Assembly (NCBI GenBank): GCA_013265495.1
Contig: MU058636.1
Span: 9,046,239-9,110,238, forward strand
DNA length: 64,000 bases
Reading direction: 5' to 3'
From: Vicugna vicugna
Taxonomy: Eukaryota
Made by a program: the position numbers and the translations under genes. Of this stretch, positions 27,901 to 41,542 are shown piece after piece. The notes beneath the pieces are model-generated. The model was not told the DNA's origin. It ran no database searches and was given only the letters and a program-made list of their open reading frames with translations. Position 1 is the first letter of the stretch. Each line of letters opens with the position of its first letter.

Positions 27901-29310
27901 GGACCCTCCAGAAGAGCTTAGAATCCTGGGGAAGGGGGGTGGCCGCACTGGTTTGGTGAATTGTGAGAAATATTTCTGTATTACTGGGATAGTTTTTCAG
28001 TAATTGACAATGGTTAGAGAACTATTAGGGAGGGAAGTGATGCCAGAAGAGGAGCTCTGACAAGGACGATACAGGGCAGGCTTCATTATGGAGTATTTGA
28101 GTTACCTGGATGGAGGATGGCAACGGATGATGGAGAGAGGGCAACTGTCAGGCAGCTGCTAGAATCGTCAAGTAAAGAGGAAGAACATCTCGAAGCGTCT
28201 GGGCTGAAATATGGGATCCAAGGAGGGAACTGGTTTTCAAGGAATGGCAGTCGAACCCACCAGTTTCTAAAAGACACTGAGGAGTAAGGAATAGACCAGT
28301 ACCTCCTCCTTGTTTCATGAGTTGTGTGGGTAGTAGGAACAGAGCAGCCTCTGTTAGAGAGAACCTTAGGGGCCATGGTTTTCCTGAGGATGGGCAGATT
28401 CAATGAAGGCAGAACAGTGGAAGATGATAGATAACCTCAAGTGTACAGAAATATTTGCCTCTAATAGAATGGGCGTACAAAGGGCACTGCGGTTTTCCAG
28501 AAACCCTACTTAGCCTTTCTATCTACAGGAAACGGACAGTTTCTCGTCTACTTTTGTTAAAACACTGGTTGCAACCTACCCACTAAAATGATTGCCCTAA
28601 CCACTGATGAAATGTGTTAGGAAGCCATTACAGTAGAAGGTTTATCTTGTAATATTGTTAAAAAGTTTTCAAGAATCTTTAATCCGTATGTGGATTAATG
28701 GCATGTGATTTTGAAACAGAGGCAGAGTGTCATTCTTCAGTTCAAATCTCTTCCTTTTGTTTTACTGTTTTAAAAAATTATTGGTCAAAATACCTCTAAT
28801 ATTTATCTTATGGAAATGTAAGCTGCCTGCTTTTGACAAAATAGCTTTTAGAGAACTGTTTTTACTACCCAATTAATAATAAAAATAAATCTAGTCTCAA
28901 GCCAGAAAAAAAAAATCTCATCTAAACAAATGTTTAGAAAGCCTAATAAACAGGTTGTATAAGTTAATCCAAGAAAAGCAACATTTACTTTAGAAACTAG
29001 ACTTTATGGTTACCTGTTTAATGTTCTTATAAAAACCAAGTAAACAGTTTTGATTTTGTAAGAAATAAAACGTGTTGTCGTATTTTTTTTCAATAACTAC
29101 ATGTTTTCTGAACTTCTTATGCTCAGTATATATTTTTGAGCCTGGCAGGAGGTACAGGGCAATAGGAGAAAAGAGAAGCTCAGATCAATCTGTAGGACAC
29201 AGCGTATTTCTTTCTTTTGCAGCGATGAAGTATTTTATCTGTACAGTTTAAAGACTTTTCCTTAATCCTTGTTAAGCCTTTGTGATTAAATTGTTTATGT
29301 ATATTGTGTA

Positions 29311-29680
29311 GCAGCCATTCTCAGATTTTTTTTTGAAACTAGAAATTCTTTTCACCCTTTAAGAATTCTTGAGGACCTCAAAGGGCTTTGGGGGGAGATA
29401 AATCTATTAATCTAGTCTGTAATTTAAACCAAGAAAATGAAGTATTCATTTGTTAATTCATTTAAATATAATAATAAACCTATATGTTTTAAAACATTTT
29501 TATTAATAATGACTATATATTCCTAAATAAAAATCTTACTAAGAGTGGCATTGCTATACATTATAAAAATCTCTTTAATATTTGGCTTAATAAAAAGTCT
29601 GGTTTTCATGTCTGATTCTGCATTCAGTCTACAGTGATACATCATTTTTGTTGAAGTATATTTGGAAAATTCAGCCTCAC
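29311..29680. mobile_element. Charlie1-family hAT DNA transposon terminal fragment
   Basis: ttgaggacctcaaagggcttt, aagagtggcattgctatacatt, aatctctttaatatttggcttaata and ttctgcattcagtct...gttgaagtatatttggaaaattcagcctcac match the recalled Charlie1 consensus. Confidence 0.7.
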
Positions 29681-31308
29681 TACTTTTCCTTTCATGGAGA
29701 GTTCCAGTATCTTCATACTAAATATAAATTATTAGAAATTGAGACTCACCCTTATGTATTAGATGTTAAAATCATTCCAATGTAAAATAATTCCCATAGT
29801 CCAAATTATAATTATGCCCCTTAGTTTAGAAATTACGTGGTCAAATTCTGATAAGCCGAGGTCTGTGACAGCCACATATATATCCAGTAATGGCTCTGTT
29901 GGAAAATGAAGTTCATTAAAGGAAGAAATTATCTGCCCTCTTTGATGGCTTTCTCTGATTGTATCTGTGAAAAAGATAACCACTCCTTCATCATCCTATT
30001 TTCAGTATTTATGCTTGGTTAAAAAAACAAAAACAAAAACAAAAAAACCTCCATTTATCAAAATAGTAATTACGTGTCACCACAGCAGGAAACCAGAGCA
30101 AGAGCTTTTGAAACTGCTGACTCAGGAACTGCTTAGGACAACTTAAATAGTTGTTGCTGAACAGCTTAACACACAATAGTGAACAGTCCAAAAATGTTTT
30201 GATTAGTCAGAGAAGGAACGGAGTGGCTTTTAGAGTAGACCCAGAAGCTGAGTTTCTGCTGTTGGAAACATTGCTCCAGGCAAGTGAGCATGGGCGGGAG
30301 CTGTGAGCACCTGCGCGCTCGGGGAACACTGACTGATTCTCTCTGCCTCCCCATTGGAGCAGCAGTCTCCACCCATCTTTCCAGGTGATGAGGACAGGAC
30401 AGTAGGATTTAGTTCACCTGATCCCACCACCACCACCACCCCAGAGTCACAGAGATGCTGTTGGTGTACAAATTGGAGTCCCCATTTCTCCAGAGAGCAG
30501 AGAAGAGCAGTCAATAGCAGCATGGAGGGTACAGAATACGGTTCCCTTTGGCTGCCTGAAACCACTTCAGTGTGTTCCGACTCCCCCAGTTGCAAGCACT
30601 CAGAACTAGACTAGATTGCACTGTTTACTCAGGCAAGCTTTTCTTTGCCTCAGAGGTTCACTTAATGATACAAGATATCTCAAACCTTGAAAGATAATTT
30701 TTAACTAGAAAGTAACCTATTTGAAAGAATGATTTTTTTTTTTTTAGCAAGTGGTTCTAACTGGTTTATGTTTTCTGGCCTTAGGGTGCTACAAAATTGT
30801 TTCAAAAGGAAACAAATGAGCCTCAGACAACAGAACTAGGGATTGAGAGATTGATCTGTGAAGGGAATTTATTTAGAAATATCATGATTTTATTAACTTG
30901 TACATCATCAAAACTGCTTTCTGTGACCAGGGAGCAGACATTGTTTTTGAAACGCTAAAGAAATGGTACTTATAATTTATTGTTATTTTTACTTTATTGC
31001 ATCATGTGGAAACTTTTTGATGGTTTGCACTGAAATATTTCCAATTTTTACACTCTCCTCCCAAAATAATTATGTATGACAATATGTTCTCTCTATCCAT
31101 CGTTAGGTATGCAACAGAATATTATATATCAAGACTGTTTTAAGCATGTGGCTAGTGGTAAAAGTAGATTCGTGGTTAAACCTCAACAACCATTAGGAAG
31201 ACAAAGCAAATAATAAGTGGATATTCCTAGTTTAAATAAATACTGAAAAAGCATCATGAAATTATTGTGTTATTTTTCTCTTACTTTCTCTGTAGTTCAC
31301 TAAATGTA

Positions 31309-31343
31309 AACACACACACACGCACACACACACACACACACAC
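31309..31343 (+). repeat. (CA)n microsatellite
   Basis: Read directly. Similar tracts occur at about 6682-6704, 16677-16703 and 60612-60647. Confidence 0.95.
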
Positions 31344-33396
31344 AACCAGTCATGGGTCCAAATTTATACTGATGCTAAAAACCAACACATTTCCTTTTGA
31401 TGGAAATTCCATTAACCAAGAGGTAGCGTTAACTTTTAACAGAAGATACACAGATAGGTAATTCACATATAAACTGTTTATTTTTGTTCCTGTGTCTATA
31501 ATTGCTTTTTATTTGTTTTCTGTTTTACAGCTTACTTTCAGTGGCCTCTGCATTTAGTAGGCTCTCTCGCTTCTGTATTTAAACTAAGTCCCCTTTGTCT
31601 TGGCAGATTCAGCTGCAGCAAGGTCTCCTCTTGGAAACTGTTAGTGACTAACGTGAAGCAATCTCTTTGTGCTTCCCTCCCCACGAGACCCCTGTGTGTG
31701 TGTGTGTGTATAATGCGTGAGCATTTCCGTAGTTGGTACTCCTGTCTATCTTTCCTCAGGGGCCATGTCTCCTTCATCTTTGTATCGTCCATCCCTAAAA
31801 CAGCCCCTTGCACATCTCACATTTTCAAGGTTTGTTGAATGAATAAATAATGTTACCTTTAGCTTTTGAACAATGAGGAATCCAAGAAGTTCCCTAAACA
31901 GTTGTTATTCTACTGCTACCTGGTGAATGTACATGTTTTTACCATTTAGATTTTTTTTTTAATTCAAAACAGTGCCCAAGACAAATCTGAAGGAAAAAGT
32001 AAAACAATGTTCACATTTCTTTCAAATATTTATGGCGAAATGCAGGTTGCCAGAGATTGTCTGGCATAATGTCATTTTAAGATTTTGGCTTTTGTCCTCT
32101 AGTCACCAGGGAGCTGGGGAAGGATTTTCACTTGGAAATGATGCAATACAGGCTAGCGTTTTGTGGAGATGGTTGGGAGCTGAGTGGCGGATGGGGGCGG
32201 GGTAGCAGAGTGTGACATGGGAAGCAGCTATACCAGGGAGAAACCCATTGCAGAAAGATTATGTGGGACTGAAATAAGAAGTCGCCCTGGCAAATGAAAA
32301 GGGGGGGGCGGGGGTTGAATTCCAGAGACAGTGAGGACTTGGTGGCGGCTTAGATGTGGACGTGGGTAAATGAGGGAAGTGGGCAGGACTCCTCGTGCTC
32401 TGCTTTAGTCACTGATGATTCCTTATGGCAATTCAAAGCCAAACAAAATCCGTCCTTTTACCAAAACTTGTAATTGTGTTCTTATAAACTCTAAGGAAAC
32501 TTTTAGTTGTGAGTTATAATACTCTATTTTAATAGGTCCTTAATTAATATGTTTTGTATAAATAAACAAGTAGTTTAAGTAGTTTAAGAGTAAGTTTGTT
32601 CAAATACTTAATAAGCTTTAGAGAAAAAAACGATTTTAAAATGACATTTTCATTACATAATGCAGTTTCACATTATAGACATACATTATTTTGATTAATA
32701 AACAGTTAAGAATTGCAGCAAAGTGAAAAATGAGAGTGCAAGTAAGCCGAGATTTTAATCATGCACAGTTGGAAATGGGGCTTAGCCAAAATGTGCGTTA
32801 TTAGGAGCTCTTGCTTCTCAGATGAACGTGAAAATACTTGAATTGTTGATATGATTAATTGGAGCCAATAGGTGAATCTAATGACCACATTGCTCTCTGT
32901 GCTTTATTCTTTACAAAAGAAGCAAAGAAAGTCATACTATCCTATTTGCAAACATTCTTCCTCATAAAGAAACAAATGGATCATTCTGTATTTGGTTCTC
33001 CGATTTCATTACAACACCTGTCGTGATGAAAAATTTAGTAGTGTCATTGGCCCTGTGGGTATCGGTAGACATTGATGATAATTAAAATTTTAATTGCAAA
33101 TAGAAACACAGTTGTATATGATCAGCTTAAAAATTGAGTTCTTGTATGTTAAGGTTTTAGGAAACTTTTATGCAAGGCATTCATTTGGAACCTTGCCCCA
33201 TTATTAGTGGTTGGTGTTAGAAGCTGGAAATGAGGACTGGACTTGCAACTCTTTTTTTTTTTTTTTCCTGGTTCCGTCTCTGCTGCTATCTTAATGTAGA
33301 TACAATTATAGTTTAATGTTTAGGAAAAAAGCTTATCCATTAAAAATTTTTGTTCACTTTGCAGATATAAGACAGAACCCACAAGTTTGCTAGTTT

Positions 33397-33545
33397 CTGG
33401 GGACACTTGAAAGTTCTGAGAAAGTTTTTGTCGTGATTGGAGAAGGAAGGATGCTACTGGTACCCAGTGCGTAGAAGCCAGGGGTGCTACTGAATGTCCC
33501 AGATGCACAGAGCACCCAGGAAGGAAGTATTCTGCTGAAATGCAC
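33397..33545 (+). mobile_element. MER20-like fragment (left arm of an inverted pair)
   Basis: ggggacacttg...gatgctactggtacccagtgcgtagaagccaggggtgctactgaatgtcccagatgcacag. Confidence 0.7.
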
Positions 33546-33722
33546 CTTCTGTTGTGTTGGGAACTAATCTTGTTAATTTTAGAGTGTTTGGAGGTATTCG
33601 TGTCCTCTAATCTTGAGATGCCAGTAGCATGCCCTTCCCCTATGTCATGACAATAAAAAATGCCTCCAGACATTGCCAAATGTCTGCCGATGGGCAAAAT
33701 TACTCCAAGTCAAGAACCACTG
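33546..33722 (-). mobile_element. MER20 fragment (right arm of an inverted pair)
   Basis: agatgccagtagca...gtcatgacaataaaaaatgcctccagacattgccaaatgtc...gggcaaaattactccaagtcaagaaccactg. Confidence 0.8.
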
Positions 33723-33859
33723 CCTGAAATAAAGTTTTACCGTTCAGCAACACAACCCTCTTACATACATAGAGGTCACCAACACATACAAAAAAAAAAA
33801 AAAAACTTCCATAATATTATTTAAAAATACATACTTTTATTTTATTCTCACTGACTCCA

Positions 33860-33975
33860 AATCCTGTTACAAGTTAGGAAACTGAGGCACAGAGAGATTG
33901 AATAAGCTATCTGAAGTCACAGAGAGTAACTGGCAGAACTGGGATTCAAACCCTAGCTGTCCAACTCCAAAACAT
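33860..33975 (-). mobile_element. MIR SINE fragment
   Basis: aggaaactgaggcacagagagattgaataagctatctgaagtcacagagagtaactggcagaactgggattcaaaccc. Confidence 0.8.
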
Positions 33976-34112
33976 GTTTCTCCCATTAAACCACACTCTC
34001 CTAAAAGAAAGCAGTATGGCCACAAAAGACATAAGCAAGACTCGTGCCTGGGGCAGCACTGGGAGGGGGCCAGTGGGCGAAGCACTGCTAGACATTAAGA
34101 AATACAAAGATG

Positions 34113-34316
34113 GTATAAAAATAGATGAACAGGTTTATACTGTACAGCTCAGGGAACTATATTTGATATCTTGTAGTAGCTTACAGTGAAAAAGAGTATG
34201 AGAACAAATATATGTATGTTCATGTATGACTGAAGCATTGTGCTGTACGCCAGAAATTGACACAACATTATAAACTGACTACACTTTAATTAAAAAATAC
34301 AGAAAATAAAATAAAA
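34113..34316 (+). mobile_element. 5'-truncated L1 3' end (artiodactyl/camelid type)
   Basis: L1 3'UTR motifs (tgtgctgtacgccagaaattgacacaacattataaactgactacact) and an A-rich tail. 16-bp TSD aagaaata(c/t)aaagatg at 34097-34112 and 34317-34332, preceded by TT. Confidence 0.9.
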
Positions 34317-37300
34317 AAGAAATATAAAGATGCGTAAGTGATAAAAGTATTTTGTGCCCTTTTAACACGTCTTAAAATATAGAAGAAATATGATGAATAC
34401 CAAGTTACAAACAAGCAGAATTTCTCCCCAACAAAGATCTTCGTTTATGCCCTGAAGTGAGTCTGTAAATTACCACCAGTTTGGAGCTCGGTAAATTTTT
34501 CTGAAAAATCCGTATACAAGGACAATTGAAATCAGCTCTTGAGTATGTAAAATGCAGCACGTGGCAAACAGCTAAAAGCATGGACCTCCGTTATCCCCAG
34601 CAAGTCATCATCAGAACTGAATGAAGGCACTGAGGACACTTGCTTTTAGTTTTTCCTAGGAACATCACAAACCTGAGATAGCTGTTACCTTAATAGCACT
34701 TCACTTAATGGGCTCCCTGACTCTTAACCTTCAGGAAGGCTTGTTTTCATTCCCTTACTTGAGTTGAAGCAGCTGTCTTCATCAGTCACGGAGGGTAATT
34801 ATCCACACGGAAGGTTATGCAGGCACTGCTCCCTCAGGCATTTTTCTGAAGATGTGAAAATGGGAATCATTTAATCAAAATACCAGTGGAAAAATTTCCA
34901 AAGCCTAAGTGCGTAAATCTGGGGCCGAAGTCTTATCTGCTCGTCCAGAGGTAGAGGAGGCACTGAAGATTTTCTGATTCTTTTTTCTGTTGTTCATCTA
35001 ATAAATATTGATCAAAGAAAAAAATGCATGTTGACCAGAAGCTGGAAATACACTATGAATAAAAATGTTTTTTTTAATTTTTTATTATATTTTTTCTCCT
35101 TTTTCAGTTTTATTAGGTAGAATGATTACAGTTTGGCTGCACATACACATTATAGTGCATGTATATACATATATACAGTGTACTGCACATTTTTTTGTTT
35201 ACATATATGCACTAATTATTGTTTCTAAGAACAGATTAGAGCTTTAGCTTTTTGAACTATTGACCTAAAATAAGGCAAAGGAGGCCTTTTATTTACAATA
35301 ACCATTAGGCAGTCATTTTCCTATTGGTCAACTTTCCTTCCTTACAGTGTTCTCAACTGTTCAGGTTTCAGGTATCTCTCGCAGTCACAGAGCCTGCGCT
35401 TAGAGTTCCTACTCAGTGTAAGTGTTTTAAAGACCCATTAGGGATGGAAGAATAGAGATGGATGTAGCCATAAGAGTTCTGCAAAGCTACGCACTGGCAC
35501 ATCTAATAACGAGTGTTTCTGCCGCGCTCCATGAGGCGCGGTTCCCTAATTTATATGGAACAGAGACCATGAAAGTGAAGAAAGGGATCAGATTCCTCAT
35601 GTGCAGAAATCATCTGGACTAGAAAGTGTGTCAGAATGTGAACTTGGCCCAGGCGACAAAACAGAGACCAGCTCTGGGGAGCTACCTGGTTCCACCCAAG
35701 TCTGAGGCTGTTTTTTAAACACAAGTTAGGTCCCCAGCCTTTTCCTGATGCTGATTTGATTTCTCACGTTCCCTGATCTTCTAAGTTTGCCACACTTGTC
35801 CACCTGCTTTCCAGATCTCAAATGTTATCGCTTTGCATTCTTTCCTGTTCTCTTTGTTCTTGGGAGATGATGCCATTTTAATATTCACAGGATGATAATT
35901 TTTGTGGGACTTCCAAAGAGGGTGGAAGGGTCTGTGTGTGTTCTACGCGTAATCTTCCAACCACGAACCTCAAACCTTACTCTTTACTGCATGACAATAG
36001 TTCTTCCAATGAATTTGGAGTTTAGGACTTAAATGAGGATTCAGCTTGGTCTCCACCTTCTATACCGGCAAAAACCAACACCTGTGAATTAACTGCAACT
36101 GTTAAATCATCGTCAGGGCCATGGCAATCATACTGTTGATGGAAATGGCCCAGTCACAAAATCTGAACTAGATTTTCTAGGATAACTTAGACATTTAGCT
36201 GGGACCGCAAATACTGTAACTTTTCACGTTCTAATACTCGACGTCCTTGGCAAACTTAGCTATACGGAGCACAGATGAAAAGGAGCAAGTAAGCAAAACA
36301 AACTTCTGATGAGCGAAATGGATGCCACTAAGTACACGCCCCATCCCACCCACCTCCCTCCCATACGTCCCCATGCTGGGGGAGGGGGGTCTCCGGTTGT
36401 TCAAGTCTCCAGTTAAGACGTACAATCCAGGGAGGCCTCCGCTCACTTTCTACCTGGCATACTTGAGTCAGTTTCCCGCCTGGGTTTTTCTCGCTCTGGA
36501 TAATCGATTCTTCATCATTACACTATTTCGCCCAGAACACTTCGTGTGGCAAGGTTTCTCATCTTTGGTTCACCCAGAGCCTGTGGGGTTCAGGTGTCTG
36601 GTTATTCCAGGCCCCCGGCGGGTTTCAAGGATAACATTCGGATGGGTGCAGAGGGTCAACCACCAGGGGGGAGCATTAATAACATGAGTGACGGTGAACA
36701 ATTTATAATCGTGGAAGACAGAGAAAACTCTATTTTAAAAAAAGCCCAGAAACTCAAAGGGCACAATGCAGGCTGTTTAGCGTAAGTATAGAAAGTCTTG
36801 GGCTCGGTAAGCCAGGCCGCATTGCATTATCGCAGAGTCGTGCAGTAACAGCTGTTCATAACTGTGTTCCGGAGTCTTCACGCCTGTGTGTGTCCCTCCT
36901 CTAAACCACCATAGCATCCTTTACTCTCTTATATCACAGTCCTTACCAAACAGAGCAGTAAAGATTTCTCTCTCTGTCTTTTCCCTTACTACACCATGAC
37001 CTGGCTTTTTACGGACATAGCCCCGCACCTAGCACAGTGTCTAGTCCATGGTAGCTACTTGTACAATAAATGGCTTAACAAAAGGTTAGCAGTGTGTATA
37101 CATTTTTGATAGAAACAATTAGAGGCAAATATTGCTGAAGACCAGTGAAATACTTCTGAAGCAAAACATACAGAGACAAATTCCCCTAATTCTTGTAGAT
37201 ATGGAAAGGGAGAGGTGGGAAAAAGATAAAGTGAAAAGAGTAAACAGAAAGGTGTTCTTGGACTTAAAGAGTGTCAGCTAAGAATATAAACTACTACCAT

Positions 37301-40300
37301 CAGTGAAGTCAGAAGAAAAGCATCTAAAATATTTTGTTGTTGTAGCTCCAGTTTACAGATTAGTGGCAAACCCCAGTTTTTCTTTGAATGACTCTAGCTA
37401 CTTACTGAATTTAAAATAATCCCAAATAATTCTATAGAAAAGAAGCCAACTCTTCAATTAAAAAGGAATGCCACCTTCTTTACCCAGGTGATTAAGCAGA
37501 TTTTCAACAGTACTTTTTACTCCCAGAGGCCATGTGATAACAAATAATCACAGTCATTATTTACTTAATTTTATGTAAACTAACATGACATTGAAGTTCG
37601 CTGAATCATCTGTTTCTCACTAGAAGTCAGACTGTATACATTTGGATTATATATTGTTTTTCTCTAAGGCAAACAGCTTCACAGCCATTAAAATACTAAT
37701 TAGGATGAATGGTTCCAATAATCCTCAACTGCAAAGGTAATGCCTGCTTGGAAAATAGAACTGTTTTAGAAAATAGAAATTGAGAAGCACATAAATAGTA
37801 TAGAGAATCTGAATGATTTGAGGGGTAAATATTCATACATTAAGCAGGCTTTAATCTGATTCAATTATTTTAAATTCTGTTGAAGTATGTTTTTAATAGT
37901 TTTAATATTTTAGTATAAGCTAATAAAATATTTTCATAGTTGAATAGTTTTAGTATTTTACTAGTAATAAAAAGAAGAACTTTGCTGAATGTGCCATTCA
38001 CATTTTGCAATACATTCTTACTAAAAAAAAGTCCCAATCTGGGCTGCAAAAGCAATCCTGAAACACACCTCATTTAAAAAAAAAAAGTCATTTGAATTTC
38101 CGTCTCATACTTATTAAAAGATATGAGTATATTCCCTGCTATTTAGTTCATAACATTACTGTTTATTTTTCATTCTGAGTGTCATTGCTTCTAAAAGTCA
38201 AGAGATGGTTAATCACCTCCCTGAAAACACCAGGCTCACTTCTGTCTTTCCTGTGCGCTTTTCACATATCTTGTCCCTTCTTAAAAATATTTTATGAAGA
38301 AACAAAATTTTAAATTTTAAAATATTTCTCATAGTTTGCTCCCTTCTTTTCCTTTATTGGCCTAAGAAGTCTAAGTTGGAAAGCTGACCCAATGACTTTT
38401 TTTCTCCAGCATATCATGGCTGCAGATTGAAGCCAGGATGCTGACTAGGTCATGGCTGGGATATCAGCCATATTCTTAAAAGAAATTTGGGAGCGAAATT
38501 AGGAAAATTTGCATGTGTTTACCTCCCTCATTTCCCCATTTTCCTGTCCTGACTCCTCACGGATAGCTGCTGTTTTGGTCCCTGTGCCCAAGTCACATTC
38601 CGGTACTGTCGTCCTCGTAATTCCTCTAAATGAAGAATCTGGTCCCATTTCTCACTCTCATGATCCCTGTACCACACGGATCAGGAAATCATGCTTCACT
38701 GAGTACAGCTGAAATGCTCATTATTAGATGAACAAGCGTATTTTTTGTAGAACACTTACAGTTGCATTCATCTCTGCTCATCTGTCCTGAGCCTTTCAAC
38801 CACTTATGCTAACTAGAAACCTTAAACATAGGCCCAGTAACTTATGTACTTTTATTTTCCTTCATGACAAAATCCCAAGCCTATTTAACTTTTTGATAAG
38901 GTCCACAAACAAGTTTGTAAGAAGAGAAACCTGTACATTATAGACGTCTTCAAACTGTTCCCACTGGAAGATCCGCAATGCTGTTTAGATGTATTGAGCA
39001 TAAAGAGTGGTAAGGTTCTGATCCTGACTTTGCCATAACACATACAAATGCTCACATTTATTTTTTCAATACCCAGGTCACTTTTCTAACCAAAACCCTC
39101 CCCCTAGAAGGGATGGAAACGAGGGATGGCCAGTGGGTGGTGTCAGGAGGATGAAGGGAAAACAACCATGTGATTTTATGAATTTACTCTTGAGTAGAGC
39201 TAAAAATAATGGTCCAAAGTAGGCAGCAATTATTGGAATACATGCTTTAAAATATCTCTATTATGAGAAAAATATTTGATGTCAAGAAGCCCCTCACTTA
39301 TAAAAAAAAATCTTGAAAAAAGAAAGATTACGTATATTTTAGGCTCAATTAATTAAGAGAAATTATTTAACCCTGATGGTTTTCAGGTAAAGGGGATTAA
39401 AATTGAGGGAAAAAATAAGCGAAATTGCAGGCTGGAGGGCTGGCATGAAAGGAGTGAGAGCTTTGAATAACCAAAGGTGATTGACTCCTCCGGAGAACAA
39501 AGGTGTAGAGGAGGAGTTTACCAGGACACAGGATGCCCAGAGACAAGCCCTGCCTACCTGGCAGCATTGCCTGCGTCCTCAGTGGAAGGAAGCCAGAGAC
39601 GGGTTCCAAGCATGGGGCCGGGTGTAGCCTTTCAAACTAGTCCAGATATCTTAATTCAGACTTGACCCCAAGCTTGGGCAGTTCAGTCCAGCTCCCCTTG
39701 TTCAAATTCATTTAGTCCAGCTTCTATCATTTCTATCAGGTGTTGCCTTGTTGCAGTTCCCACCCCCCACCTCTGCTGACCATTCCATATTGAGAAAAAG
39801 AGAGACAGGAGAGCCAAAAACAGAAGAAGTATCCATGCTCCCCATTGTTTCATTCCCTCTGCTATCAGTAAGGTACTAAAGGACATTTATAAGATTTTTA
39901 AGAAAGCATTCTGAGAATCCTCTCTAGTCCTAAAAGATAGTTTTCCTATTATTCTTTAAAAAGTGCTCATGGTCTGGTATTTTGTTTGTGTGCATTTTCT
40001 TAAATCTTGTAAAGATTTTCAGTTTCATTTCTTGAATATATGTATATATGCCTTGATGTATGTATATATACCTATAGAACCCAGTAGTGAAGTTAGTTCA
40101 TAATTTTTGCTTGTATTTGATTCTCCAGTGGATAAAAGATATTTTCCAGCAGAGCTGGCTAATATCATCACAGCCATCAGTCGAGATGGGAATCAGTGAC
40201 TCAAAGACGTTTTTCTGCTTCCTTCTGAAATTGATGAGTACAGAGCTGTTGCATTTACTGATAGTCTCATGGGAAGCAGTTACTGATCGGGGTGAGGAGG

Positions 40301-41295
40301 AAGTACAGACGGGGGAACAATGTGCTTTCAGAGTTTTCTTTTTTTTATATCTGTTTATTGGCCTTAAAGTTTTGGTTTCAGCGTGATCCTCTTTCCAAAA
40401 CCCAGCTAAGTCTGTCCTTCCCGTGCTGGTTGTTTTAATAGCTTCAGAAGCATTCTTCTTAGCAAGCCTTTAAACCCCTTATCAGAGTTAGGCAGATCAT
40501 AGGGTTCAAATGTCCGTGGGGAGTAAGGTCTAACTGAAAACGGGAGGCTGACATGGCTCGTTGTACATTGTTGGTGATTTTAGCCGTGTTTTTTTGGAAC
40601 TGGCCAAAATCCTAATCTCTGCCTCTTTTGACATCTGATCCCACATTTGACTAATTAAAAAACAGAGCTGGGGCACTGTAGCGCTAAGCCACGAAAATAG
40701 CCAAGCATGTGTCTCCAGCAATAAATGTGGTCCTTAGGAACATGTGCACCAGTGATCAGCTGTATTTGCTTGAATTTGATTTCCTTTTCTTGGCATTCTA
40801 CAACAAACATATTTATTTTTCCTTGGATTAGGAAATGGAAGTGCCTTGAACCAGAGTTTACGTAGCTGATAGAAGAAAATCCCTTCATTTAATTGATTTT
40901 TGCTCCTCAAGATTATGAAGTATGATTCTAACTTTTGGTGTTCAATACGAATGATTAAAAACTACGTTACCTGGATGTGATTGGTACTGCACAAGCCTCT
41001 CGGCTCATATCTGGATTTTAAATGGTTTATATTGATGCCAACTTATCCCAAAGTTCATCGTGTAGAACGGAGTCTCGCTTGATGGCTTCAGGAATGGGTT
41101 CCCTGGTGAAGTGAGATTGAGAAACACTGCGTGCTCTGTCCCTTCCTTGCACATGCCCAGCGCACAGTCCCATAGTAAAGGCCCTAAGAATTGCAGCCAT
41201 AAAGAATCCTGTTTACGTAGCTTAATCCCAGTATATTTCTCCTCCAATTGACTCAGTGATTTCTTTAGAACAGAATACCTATCCTCAATTTACAG

Positions 41296-41542
41296 TTAAT
41301 GGGAGTTTGGAATTGGTAGATGCAAACTGCTATGTACTGAATAGATAAACAACAAAATCCTACCATACAGCACAGTGAACTATATTCAATGGCTTGGAGT
41401 AACCTGTAATGGAAAAGAATATGAAAAAGAATATGTGTGTGTGTGTGTGTGAATATATATATACGTATAGAACTGAATCACTATGCTGTACACCAGAAAT
41501 TAGTACAACACTGTAAATCAACTATACTTGAATTTTAAAAAA
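41296..41542 (+). mobile_element. 5'-truncated L1 3' end (L1_Art-like)
   Basis: gggagtttggaattggtagatgcaaact...aactgaatcactatgctgtacaccagaaattagtacaacactgtaaatcaactatactt followed by an A run. Confidence 0.85.

Noticed and set aside
31480..31545. Strong-looking cryptic acceptor (ttgttttctgttttacag), also at ~44822-44847
   Set aside because: No convincing downstream donor or FREM2-like frame, and the flanking true exons already join without missing protein.
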